From Ruditapes philippinarum (Eukaryota), in the NCBI RefSeq assembly GCF_026571515.1, contig NW_026865168.1:186001-250000 (forward strand): a DNA stretch of 64,000 nucleotides, in the 5' to 3' direction. Below the pieces are notes generated by a model. That model saw only the letters and a program-made list of their open reading frames with translations. It had not been told where the DNA came from and searched no databases. The translations under genes were made by a program, and so were the position numbers. Positions 24,101 through 37,600 of the stretch are shown piece by piece (the stretch's first letter is position 1; the number at the start of each line of letters is the position of its first letter).

Positions 24101-27100
24101 AAAGTGTATAACACAACTTGTTTACCTAAATATGAATATTATTTTCAGCTTGCCAGTCATCAGAGTCTGTTTACTCTGCTGGAAACGTGACAGATAGGTT
24201 CCTAAACTTGCCATATACTGATGTCCAGCTTGGATGGTTAGACGCTCATCAAAAAGGGAAACAGTATGTGCTGCCTGCCTTTGACGATGTTGATGAAGTT
24301 TTCGATGAATGTATCGGTATCAATTATTGGCATCCCGACGTTTTCTTTCTGAAAGGTGCATTTTGCAAATGGTCATACTTACAACAAACGTACTTTCTTG
24401 ACAATTAATCGAATTAGATAAATAGTCTTAAATGTTGATGTTAATAACGGCATATATGTAAAGTTATCAAATGCGTAAAAGTTCATGCTGATATTTTGTT
24501 TTTGCTTTCATTTTTTCAGCTATCCAGCTGGCCCTAAAAAAGCCAAGCTTACATAAGCGTTTATTCTGAGGGACGTTGAAAAGTTAATTAAACAGTTTTA
24601 AGCATTATTCAACTTTGATGAGTGTATACATCAATGCGTCATTTATTTTCAGAGAGAATATTTCTAGATATACCAGAGAACATTCCTGTCAAGTATGCAG
24701 TTTGCTATGTTTACAAACGTAACTTAGACTATGATTATTACGATAACTATGTTGATGGGGAATATTATTATGATGAGTATTGTACTCGTTACATTTATGC
24801 AAGAAAATGTGATGGGAAAATCCAGTTTGATGTATCATTTTTTCCCTTTTATGGTCATTTGTGTCTCAGTAAGTATTCTTTCAAATCAAATATAGTCAAG
24901 TTTAGAATTTTTATCCATATTAAGATCGAATTATTTCAGATAACATTGTTTTAAAGAAGAAGCCGCTTTCGTGTCTATCTTTTCTCAGAATATTTTCGCA
25001 ACGTGTTTTCCACTCTTGGCGTTATAAAATAAAACATCCAATATAGTGCCTCGCATACTAGAGACCGTTATCCTTTTCAAATTATAAAAACATTTCGTAC
25101 ACTTTCAAATGTAATTACATTTTGTTTTATTAAAAATATCAAATATTGTATATAATTAATTTGTTCTTTGAATGTTTATTTTAGTTAAAGTTTCAATAAT
25201 TGTTTAAAATGCCGTTGAAATGTCAGTCGAAAAATAAAGGATCAAAATAATGAAATTAAATTCGTTAAAAAATTTTAAAAATACACTAAAGCCGTGGAGC
25301 TTGAATGAGGAATTTTGGCGTCGGAGACCATCATCTGAGTTTCCGAAGAAAAACAACTTTCATTTACTACATTGTTTTTAGCTAATTGCATCATTTTCCC
25401 GGTTTTTTTAATTACATATTTTATAAAAATATGATAGTCTAATATAAATTCTGGCAAATCTTAATAAGAGATTTCAGTAAAAACATGTGCCTAAAAATAT
25501 GTTGAAAGGGACATTTATTTAGCTTATCTAAATGTGACATTTAAGAAACTTGACTAGATGAAGATGCGGCCTTAAGTAGTAGTCCGTACAGGTAGTACTC
25601 AAAAAAATCATAAACTGTTTAAGTAGTCACACATTAAGAACGGAACTTTATAATAACGTAAAGTACTCATGGGGGTCTAGTATATAATAATAGAATAAGT
25701 CAGTATTCAGTATTTAAGCAGAACTCAGTTGACACCTTCAGAACTCTTGTAACCCAAAGTGCGTTGATATGTAGCATATTAACGCACTTTGGGGTCAATT
25801 TCTCGATTTTGACCCTAAAGTGCGTTGCACCCAAAGTGCGTTAGACCCTAAAGTGCGGTGTTACAAAGCATATATGACAGTAAAATCAAGATTAAAACCT
25901 TAATTACATAATAATAATAATAGTAATAATAATAATAATAATACAATGTAATAATAATAATAATAACAACAACAATAATAATGAATATATACTAATTTTG
26001 TCAGTTCATTACAACAATGTGAAAGTAAAACCAGAAATAAAACACAGAGAAGACAGAGTCAGTGGTGATAGAATTATATATAGAGCATACATTCAGTTCA
26101 GATGTTCATTTGTGATAACTGGCGATACTGCATACAAAGTGAAATGGTAAAAACACCATTATATAATTATTTGATTTCTGATATTTTATATTTATTTTAT
26201 TATATTGTTTTGGATAGCTTTATTGCTGAGATTTTTTTTATTTCCAAGACGAATGGCAATGGTTGTTAACAATGGAACAATTAGTTGAATTACAAAATAA
26301 ATCATTCCGTTACTATATTTCATTAATGTCCTTATGTACACATAAATCATTGGATACTCTACAATTTTTTCTTTATCACTAAACATTTGATGTAATATAT
26401 GCTCGAACGTTTACTAAAATATAACTGATTAATATACGACATAGTAGTACTTTGCACAAACAAAATATTTTTTTCATGTAAATTATTATTTCATTTGTTA
26501 TAAACAACATGTCTTTTGGTGTTTTAGTTTTGAAAATTGTACGTTGTGTTGTTTAAAAAGACAAAAGGGAGAAGTTTTCCTAAGTATGTAAATGATCATC
26601 ATGCTATGTATATATAAAAACGATAAAATGTCCTTAACATCTCTTTCAAAAAGGTATATCAATGGAACACTATGGGATGAGACAGGATTTTCATCTAATC
26701 CGGATGACCTTGTATTAAGCGGAGATTCTTTAAATCAATTACGACTTGGATATGAGGTAGATAAAATCAGGGGCTAAATATTTTACCTTTTATAAATCTG
26801 CCATAGATATACATATTATAACCGTTGATGGATAATAGTATGTTATTTTAAGTTTTGTATGCGATTTATTGGACGATTCAATAACAATTGTATTGTTCAT
26901 CCACACTTTAAATACATTCCATGCTTAATGTTAATTTGTTATACTGTGCTCCTAGTGTTGTATTATTACTAATACATGTATATATAATTATATTGCCTTA
27001 ATAAAACGAGATTAAAGTGTCTTTAAAGTGTTCATAAACTATCTTTGCAACAGCAGTGTAATTTCTCTACGGATAACCACTTTAACCTCGGCATGGCGGA

Positions 27101-28547
27101 GTGGTTAACGCGTCGGACTAGTAATCTAGCCGCATGAGTTCAAACCCCATCAGGGGCAAGTCGTTGTTTCTTTGAGCAAGAAACTTCACACTCATTGCTC
27201 ATTTTCTCGCTCAGGTTGGTTCCAGGAACGGATTCGAAAGTGTGGCTTTAAGCTTATAGCTTCTACACAATCGAACTACAATAAACTCAAACTGTATAAA
27301 TCAAAGTTGACCTCTCTAGATAAACACATTTCAGTAATAACCAAACTCTTTGTCAACTAAAGGGTGTTACCTTTCAGAAGTTTTACCGTACTTTGAAGAC
27401 TTTAGAGTTCAAAAATAGTTGTTACATTCATTTACTTATCAAACTATCGTTGGGAACTTATAAGTCTCTTTGAAAACGGGGATAAAACATTTCGTTTCAG
27501 GTGAAATGCGGTGTCATTGCAGCTGGGACAACAGATGAAAAATTAAGCAATAATTTTTTCGCAGGTTGGAAGGTAATATATTAACGATATTATTTGTATA
27601 AACATTAAATGCATAATTTGTGTACAACTTTTAAAATCTATTATTTAGATATTCGCATCCAGGCTTACTTAATTTAGTATTCCGAGATTGTGATATGAAT
27701 GGTTAAAACGATATATTATTTTTTTCTTGATACACCTACTTGGTAAGAATAATGCAATTGTTAATAAAAAGATTATCGAAACACGACACTAAATGATTTG
27801 AACGGGGGAGCGTCACCGATTGTTTTGGTATTGTTTTTTCTCTCCTTTGTATCAAATCAATTTCCCTGTCGTCTCAATATGAAACCCCAGAATAAATGAA
27901 CCAATGAAAGAGCATCGGATCATGATTCTCCATCATTTCCCATTCCTTGTTATCACAATAAGTAAATCCCAGAAAATGTAGCCAATCAACGAGCTTGCTT
28001 ATTTATATTAGACTGACAGCTGCATTCCATTTAACGCACTGTGCTTTTATGGTTATACGATTTAACTCATGACACTTTTTCAAAGGAAAAGTAGTCTAAA
28101 CTATGATACAATAAACAGTTAGCGGATTATCATCTTATGCATGTGATCGGTAAAGATTTCAGACACATCCAGAAGACTTCCAAAGAATGGATATGCTATC
28201 ATTGAAGTTGAACAGACAGTGCCTTTAGGTTGTACATACATCAATACTGGAGAAGAAGTGTGCGAGGAAACGCTTTCGATTTCAGACGTTAACCGTGAAA
28301 TTGATGCATGCAACGCTGGAATACACGTGATGAACGCTGATAATAACAGTACATCTTCTCACAAAATAAAGGTTCGTTGATAAAAACTGTATACTCAATG
28401 TGTTAATGTATGTTTAAAACTGAATTGCAGTTCATCTCGAGGTGATATTTATTTCTTCTTTAAATACATATTCTTCCAAATAGAATTATTGTCAGTATTC
28501 CCATCATCGAGACATAAATGGTTAGACGTAAAAGGTTTATATTTAGG

Positions 28548-28613
<66 letters not shown>

Positions 28614-31600
28614 CTTTATTGAACTACATTAAGTAGAGGATAAAAGGTTATAATTTTACTAAGGTATATATCTATATTGAACATATGTCAATTTCTACAA
28701 TATATAAAGGATAAAGAGTTAATGTTTATCTAGTTATACATCTATATTTAAAATGAGTGTTTTTCTACATTATTTAGAGTTTGATGGTAGGTGATGTTTG
28801 GAACTCCAGCATCAAGTATAGATTTAGATTAACTACAATAGATCATGACTACGATGACAAACTGAACTTTGACATGGAGTTGCTTGTAACTAAGTCTGAA
28901 CTGACAGAAGTAGTAAATACTGAGGTAAGATTTTATTGTTGAGCTTTACATGAAGGTGCTTCATACAAAACCAATATAATTTGTTATTACTGAGGTATGA
29001 TAAAATTGTTGGCGTATACATAGAGGTGTTTGTCACAAAATCTGTACTTACGGAGTTGGAAGATAAAAATGTAAAATAAAATTGTTTGCCCATACATGGA
29101 GGTGATTCATACGAAACTGATTTTGATGACAATTACTGATGTTAGATAAAATTGTTTGCATGGACTGTAGCTAGATCTGCACTGACAGAAGTGGTTATTA
29201 CTGAGGTAAGATTAAGTTGTCGAGCTATACATGGAGGTGTTTGCAAAATTTGTCCTGACAGAGGTGGTAAAGTGGTAAACTAAAATTGTTTTCCTATACA
29301 TGGAGGTGCTTGTTTTCACTGCCAGAGTTGGTAAATAAGGAGGTTAAAATAAAATTGTCAGCCTATACTTGGAGATGCTAACTGACAGTGTTGGTTAAAA
29401 CAATTGTTGAGGTGCTTCTTATATAGTTTACAGACAGAATTTGAAGAAACCAAATAAGGTAGAATTGATGACATAAACATAAAGATGCTTGTAACAAAGT
29501 TTACAATGACCTTTTCTCTCCATTAATGATTTGTAATTTAGAAAACTTATAAGGTGTACACCAGTTCTAAAAGAAAATGAAGCACTATTATAAAATTTTA
29601 AAATTACAATCATCCATTTCACTATTCTTTTTTATAGTTCAATAGTATATTACACATGGTATATCTTTAATTATTTCAGCGCATTGGAATCATTGCGGTA
29701 AGAACAAAATCAATACAATTCTAAGGATCATATCATTTTAATATCGAAATGCTTTAAAAAGTATTAATAACTTTTTATGCTTTATAACGTACATGTATTA
29801 AAATGTGTACACTTTTATGCATCTGCAGATGGAAGTGCATGAAACAATGTTGCATTTACCTTTTATTGTCCTAAACAACTGCAATCCTATGTAATATTTT
29901 GTTCAAGACAGCTTTTTGTTTTCAATATTTTTTATCATGTTTTTATTTACTTATTTATTTATTGTTTTTTTGTTTGTTTTTTGGAAGGGGTGGATGTGAT
30001 TTGTGGTATTTGTTTCTTTGTTTTATTTGTTATTTTATTGTAAGCATGTAATGTTGTTTTTCCTTGTAAGATTGTAAGCATTTAACTCAAGGTTTAGATG
30101 AACAATATTCTTATGTAATATAAAGGTTGAAGTGACACACTCGGCAATACACAGATACAAACGATGCTACTCGCATGCTGATCCCCACGTGCGAACCGCC
30201 GACGGAAGGTAAGTGTAGCTTGGTCACTTATTATAGAGAGACATGAGGTACCAGGGTTGCGTTTCATAGAATGTGAATAGTCCGAATTCTTAAGACCAAA
30301 ACTGGGATAGTTGTGTGTTTCAAAGAAAAAAAATGTCCTGACCTATGACTCTTATATCATGAATGATTCTGAATAGCATTGGTATTTACACATTGCGAAT
30401 AAAAAGGTTTGTAATTGAAGTGGCTGCAGTACTTTTAGTTATTTCTATTTGGCTTCTGGTGCTTACGGTACTCCTTATTCGAATCGTGTTTAATCACCCA
30501 TAGTATATTTTGGCTGCTTTTAAAATGTGTATTTTGACGTCTTGTGTGTGAAATGCATGCTTCATAACATCTGATCCACTTTAAAAATCCATTTTATTTA
30601 GTTTCGTCCATTGTTTCCTTGCATTCCTTTAATTAAGAATAACACGCCGCCCTTCATGGAATGGCACTAACATGTCACATTGAAAAGTCCATTATAACCG
30701 CCGTGCGATCACATCTGAAGTAAACATTTTACCATTTCATGTTAATTGTTGAATTCTTCTCTGGCCGATGATGAATTTTATAAGAACTTCATCCGACTCA
30801 TATTAAAAACAAGGAACGTAATAGTTCCTAATAATATTTGAATGTACACATAAGGATTTTATCATTTCAAATTGGATAAGCTTTATAAAATTTGTATATA
30901 TCTAAATCAACACCAGACTTAGACTGTTTTTTGTATGTTTGTATAGGTATTTCGGGCAACAATTGGTCGGTGATCACATGTTTTATAGAAACAAGGCATA
31001 TCAGACAGAGGTAAGTTTTGATTGATCATCTATAATCAAATATGTTGATCTGTCTAAACATGCGTGACTCGAATAATTCAAACTGAATTTACATTGCCTT
31101 GAACAGTGAAGTTGGACTAAAATATTACATATTGATAACGTCGCTTTTCATTTGACCTTAGTTATGTTATATTATCAATATATCTGGTGTACATTTTCAT
31201 TTAAAATGTGCTTGAATACATGCTTACATATTAACATGCATGAGCAGAACTATGACAATTTACAATACATATTAAAATGATATTTGTAATATCAAAGAAG
31301 TGTAATTAATGCGTTATAAACACTTTTGACATGGTATATGACCAATAATAGATTAACTATGTAACATTATTATCTAATAATACAAAAATTGTAACCGTTG
31401 ACACGCGGCCACATAAACATAGTCAAAATATTTCAACATCAAAAGTTAAATTCTGTGGTACTTTTTGTTCTGGGTCATAATATCGCTGGGAGATATTGCC
31501 CATACATAAAATACTGCTAATCCTACAGAAGAACGGTCGTTTTTTACATTTAGTACAACAGAATGTCGCTTTCCACAAAATACTTCCTTTTCTGCAACAA

Positions 31601-34600
31601 GACTAAACAACAATCAATTTATACTTATAATTATATTATTTGATATTAAAGGTTCATGAATATGCCAGATACTGTAATGATAATGGCGGAGCAGTGTGTG
31701 CTTGTGGTGTAGCGATCAGGGCAGGGGCTGATGTCTTTGTAATTAACAGATGTGGCAACTACACGATATTAGACTTCTTACAATGTAATGATGGAGGAAT
31801 CATTGATGTTCAACGGATCCATGATTATCGTTACAAGGTTTTGGTTTCTTTTCTTCATGTGCTGCTGAAACATTCAGGGGCTCCAAATACTATTTTGAAA
31901 GAGGAATTTAATAAACATAAAAGGACTCCATAGAGGTCCAAAACCAAATAAAATCGAATTTCTTTCATAGATCAACCTGGGCATTTAATACGGAAAGATA
32001 TGCAAAAGATAATTAAGAAATATACTCAGAAATACATTGAAACCAGCTATTTGCAGTAGATGTGAGTGAAAAACATTGAACGATTTTAAATGTTGGGCCA
32101 TCTTTCATAGTTGAAATAATTATTCTGGTAAAACGGAGTAAGTGAATGATCTGAAATTGTGCTTACAAGTTTTTGTTCTTCATCTAATGGAGAATTCATC
32201 CCGAACAATTAAAAGTCCCGTCACGGCAAAAAACCTGAGAGCAGTCCCTTTATAATGGTTTAAGCGATGGCATCAGTAAAAATGAGGAACACACCCCTGT
32301 TCGGTGTATCTTGATTTTCCGTGTATATGAATTTCATGTATACATAATTTGGCTGATATGTTTTGTTCCTGTAATTTGGATTCAATTGTTTTAAGTCTAT
32401 TGTTTCTGTTGCATGATTACTGTTGTATTTTGAGCATAATGTTTACAAATTTATTGAAATGCAATCGAGTGTATGTTTGTTGTTAAGATGCAATGAAATC
32501 TATGTTTTATTTATTTTGCAACTGAGCTTGGTGTATGTACAGTTCTTCTATTTGTGATGTAAATGAGCTCTGTCTATGTTTGGTAGGTAATAACACCAAT
32601 AGGAACTGTGATCATTGTAAATCTTCACTCCTGGGGGAGGACGATGGATATTGATATTTACTTATCTGCCAAAGATTTTCACAACACTGACGGACTTTGT
32701 GGATATTTTGATGGAGATAGAAACAATGACTTTAGGCACAGAGATGGCTCCCAATCGTCTCCATCACATGACTATTATGGTTATAATGACTTTATAAAAA
32801 GTTGGAGGTATACAGCAATAATTTAGTTGCTATTTGTTATTGTTTAACACTTGTCTCAATCAAATTTTTCCCCAAATGTTAAAAGATCGAAAGCACAAAA
32901 TGTTTTTACAAGTTTATTCTTCATTGAAAGATGTAATGTTCTTAATATTTTTGCTTCATTTTTTTTTACATACATGTTTATATCTATTTTACATTAATTT
33001 ATATATCTATTTTACATTAAATTATATTTCTATTTTAATTTATATATCTATTCTACATAAATGTATATACCTATTCTACCTATTATACATTAGTTTATAT
33101 ATTCATCCTACATTTATTTATATATCTATTCTACATTGATTTATATTCAAAATGTTAGTATGTCTGAAGTATCACTTTATAAAAATAGATTACTAGATGA
33201 GGAAAACTTCTTACATAATGCCAGCCGTGTCTTAGAGAAATGGAATGTTAACAATGGAGCATCCATGGATCCAGCTTGTTCGAACGGTAACTCGATATCT
33301 AAGAATAAATGTCAGTTTGGCGGAGAGAAGAGAAAACGGCGAGATGTCGTCACAAGAATTGGAAAAGAAATAATGTCAAGTATCAATAACATGAGAGAAA
33401 AGGTAAGTTGCCTAAGCAACATGTAAATGTAACTCAATGCACAAATGGTAGGTTCATATTATTACAATGGTTACAAAATACATTTATGCATAATGAGATA
33501 ATTAATAAATAACTGTTGATGTGTTATCTATTCATGCTACATATATGTTTAGATATTTAGGCTCGCTTTGCAGTTTGATTTTTTTTGCCATTCACTTCCG
33601 TTTAATAATTAATAACGACGCATTAATTTAGATTAACTTATATTTTACAGATCATTAGAAAAACATTTTTAATACCTTCACAGAGATATTGAACAATGAA
33701 ATTAAACGAAAATCTTTATCACCAAGCCACAACAGTTTTCAAATGGAAACAAAACTCCTTTACAATGATGTATTAAGTAAAAATGGAAATATAATACTTA
33801 TTTCCCAATTTTATCCAATAGAGAAGTACTGGAGGGGACATTTCAGACGATAAAGCTCGTGAAATATGTAATAACTCTATAACTGGAGCCCCATCCGTCA
33901 CAGAATTCTCGGACCAGCTTGGAGATGAAGACACAAACATTGTATTTGACCAATGCGTGTATGACATTATTGTAAGTCTACTCTTATTTCATGAAGTATA
34001 ATTTTATATATAATCATTTGAAAATTATGTAACATTGTTTGACAGTACCAACAGTTCCAAGTATCATCCCTGATACCTCAGCCGTTGAATTAAATAGTTG
34101 TAAATAAGGTATATTATTTATAGAAGGCATTAGGTAAAACATTTGTAATATAGTTTGGGCATCAGCCAACACCGATGTTCTATATAGTTTAATTACTTAT
34201 TTAACATTAGAGCATGGTAACAGTACAGTATGGGCATCAGTACATGTCGATGTTCTACATAACTTTATTACTTATTTAACATTATAGCATGGTAACAGTA
34301 CAGTTTGGGCGTCAGCCCATGCCGATGTTCTACATAACTCAATTACTTATTTAACATTATAGCATGGTAACAGTACAGTATGGGCGTCAGCACATGTCGA
34401 TGCTCTCAATAGTATAGCATCAACAGTGATCAGTCTAAGTCCTGATTTTGCTGCCAACAATTCTGAAACAGTAAAAGCATTCCTGTCACAGACATGTACA
34501 AATAACTGTAGTGGACATGGAGTATGCTCCGATTCAGGTCAATGTTTGTTTGTTTTTTGTTTTACTTTTTGTTTGTTCTGAATTTATAAGATTTGATTTT

Positions 34601-37600
34601 ATAAACATTAATTTGTTTCAGCATATGGATTAAATATAAAATGATAGTATGTGTTATTAATATGTGTTCAATAACATTTCGATTGACTCGTTGTTGTAGG
34701 GTAACAATGTAAAAGTTACCCATGCCACTCACTTGAAAAGTGCTTATTAACAATCCTAGAATGGTATAACATCCGAAGTGAAGGGTGTTATTTCAGTTCA
34801 AGGGTTGCTTATATGCACTATTACCCTGACAGACATGTTATTTTTTTTATAATACCGGACCAACATAATAATACCTCATGTAAACTGTTTTACTATACAT
34901 TCAAATGTGACGTCACATGGTGTTATATTGGATATGAATTGCAATATTTTCTAGGGGGCGAGTAATCTACTTTAATAGACTTACGAAAGGGTAATGTTCT
35001 CTCTCCTAATAACAATCAATCGGAGTAATAATGCACATAGCGATAAAAAATTGCATTAAATTATTTTTACGGAATAATAATAAGAAATAACGTGTCTGTC
35101 AGAGTGTTATATCAGTTCTCGGGTTCTTATTATGCACTTTTAATCTGAAAGACATGTGTTATTTTTATACTGTGTTTTTATCTCATAATTACATGTATAA
35201 GATTTCAAGATTAACCTATTAAAATCAATTATAAATGTAAATAATAAATGTTCGTACTAATCCAGGACTGTGCAGTTGTGAAGATGTGTTCCGTGGACCT
35301 GACTGTAGTATAGATTTGAGAATTCCACCAATTATCTATGACATAAATGACGGTGGTGTATGTGATACAGCTGATGGGAATGAATGTGATTGTTTTGTTA
35401 TACGAACTGATAACATATTTGATGGCTTCAAATACGAAATAACAACTTTTGAGGTACAAATATATTTTACTTGTGTTACTTGTCATATAGAATATGTTTA
35501 GATTTTTTTTTTATTTTTTTTTGGCAATACAGTAAATCAAAAACGCCACTCGATAATTGCCCTGCAGATATTTTTTGACAACATGGTGCCGCTTTTACAA
35601 CTTCGTACAAATTGGTATTGCACGACCGTGCATATATTTAAACGTGGCGTCTTTTGCGTTATACAAACTTAGTGTCCAGCTTTATTTGTCATCCAATGAA
35701 AACGCTGTATTTCTTAAAAATTATGTGTGTTAATTTTCATAGAAGGAAAAAAGTCGATACTATATTGAAATCCGTTCATAGTCGCCTTCTATTTTTCATA
35801 GTGCTTCATAGTACCGCGTAGTGACGTAATCAAGGGCCAAATAAAGCTTGACACTAAATATGTTAGTGTTCATCCTTAGCTGTTCTACAGAAATTAGAAA
35901 CATTCTCCTGTCGCTATCGCTCCCGTCGAAGTTTCTAATTTCTGTAGAACAGCACGGATGAACACTAACATATACATATTGTAAATGCGCGCTAAATTTT
36001 ATTGTTTTACTATAGGCGTGTCAATGAAAAAATGACCTCTTTTCACTTTAAAAGGTCTTTTGTTTGGGCATTAATTTTATTCAACTATTTCAATGAATTC
36101 AGTATTGAATTTACACTCATTAAATGTCTTCTATTTACGACACACATGTTTCTGATTTACCATTTTTCTGATAATTTATTTGCAAACGTCACAATTTTCA
36201 CTTGTTGTTCTTTGTTTTTGTTTGCTCTTTTCTTGTTTTGTTTATTCTAGAAATATGTGAAGTCTTCCTGTTATATTTTAGATGTTATTCGATGGCACAA
36301 AAACAGAGGTAGGTAAGTCTAATAATGTCGGGAAGTATGAGGATATATTTACCGGGGAGTGCTGCGTTCCCGTCCAGCGTTCCAAACGTTCAACAAAGAA
36401 ATCCCAACCTTCAGTACTGGTGTTTGACTTTGTTATAAGTAACGACGGAGAGAACTTCGGACAAAGCAAGTCCGTATATGTTTATGATTCCACGTGTTTG
36501 AATTACGTCATCAACGGTGATGGGGAGATTGTAGTCATAAATCTTGAGGTAGAATACAAAAAAAAGATATTTTTAGTCACATTGATTATAAATAAAATAA
36601 AACCAAGAGATGTGTTGCACTGTAAATCTGAAATTTATAGCTAAACTATTCTTACGGACATTTAAACCTCGTGAATTTTCGAATTCACCTTCGTGAATTC
36701 ACAATTCAAACTAAGCGAATTCACGGTTTCAACATACGGAATTCGAAAATGATTTCAACTTCATAAATTCACTATTTCAACTTCATGAAGTAATGTTTTG
36801 TAACTTTTGAACTTCACTATTTCAACTGCGCGAATTCATGATTTCAACTTTATGAATTCACATTTTAATGTCACGATTTCAACTTTACGTATTCACAATA
36901 ATTCGAAATCGCCTTAATCAAATTTCGCCTAAGTCGAAGAATTGACGTATTGTCAAACATAGAATGTATATGGGAAAGGAATGTCAAGTATAACGTTAAA
37001 GAGTCAGATCACGAAAATCAGTTTCCTATCAATGTAGTTTATCAAAGATATATTCATCGATTTCCCTTTCTATAAATATTTAAACACACGTAAATTATCT
37101 TTTTTCTTATATGTTGTTCATCCATGTAGGAAAATTTCTGTTACATCGGTGGATCTTGTATTACGGGAGATGCCACCCTACAAACATCATCGGACTGCTT
37201 TGTGTGCGACTCCCGGACAAACCCATACGGCTGGACTAAAGGTGTGATGTGTTTTAATTTACATTTTACTTTATATTGACAGTTAAATATCAAGTTTTAT
37301 TTTACATTTGACATTTAAAGTTACGGACTGTTGTGGTGAATGTTATTAGATTAATTCGAATCATTCGAATAAAGATGTTGGTTTCGTTTTAAAGCAGCAT
37401 GCCTCCAGATGAGCGAAACTATTTCAATAAATCAAAAATTGACTTTTAGGCAAAGTAAAAAGATCCAAAATTCAAGTAATAATTTACATATTATGAGCGA
37501 TTAATAGTGAATTTTCAATATGTGTAACTATATTACTAACGCAGGAAGGTTGTTTCGGGGCATATTTTGACCTCTTTTTGTAATAAACGTGGGTTGTTAG

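Noticed and set aside
27088-27160. tRNA genes here and at 4710-4792
   Set aside because: A and B boxes are present but no clean cloverleaf; each continues into a SINE body and tail.
33651-33720. Extra VWDE-like exon after TATTTTACAG
   Set aside because: In-frame TGA after 13 codons and no donor; exons 18 and 19 already join in phase.
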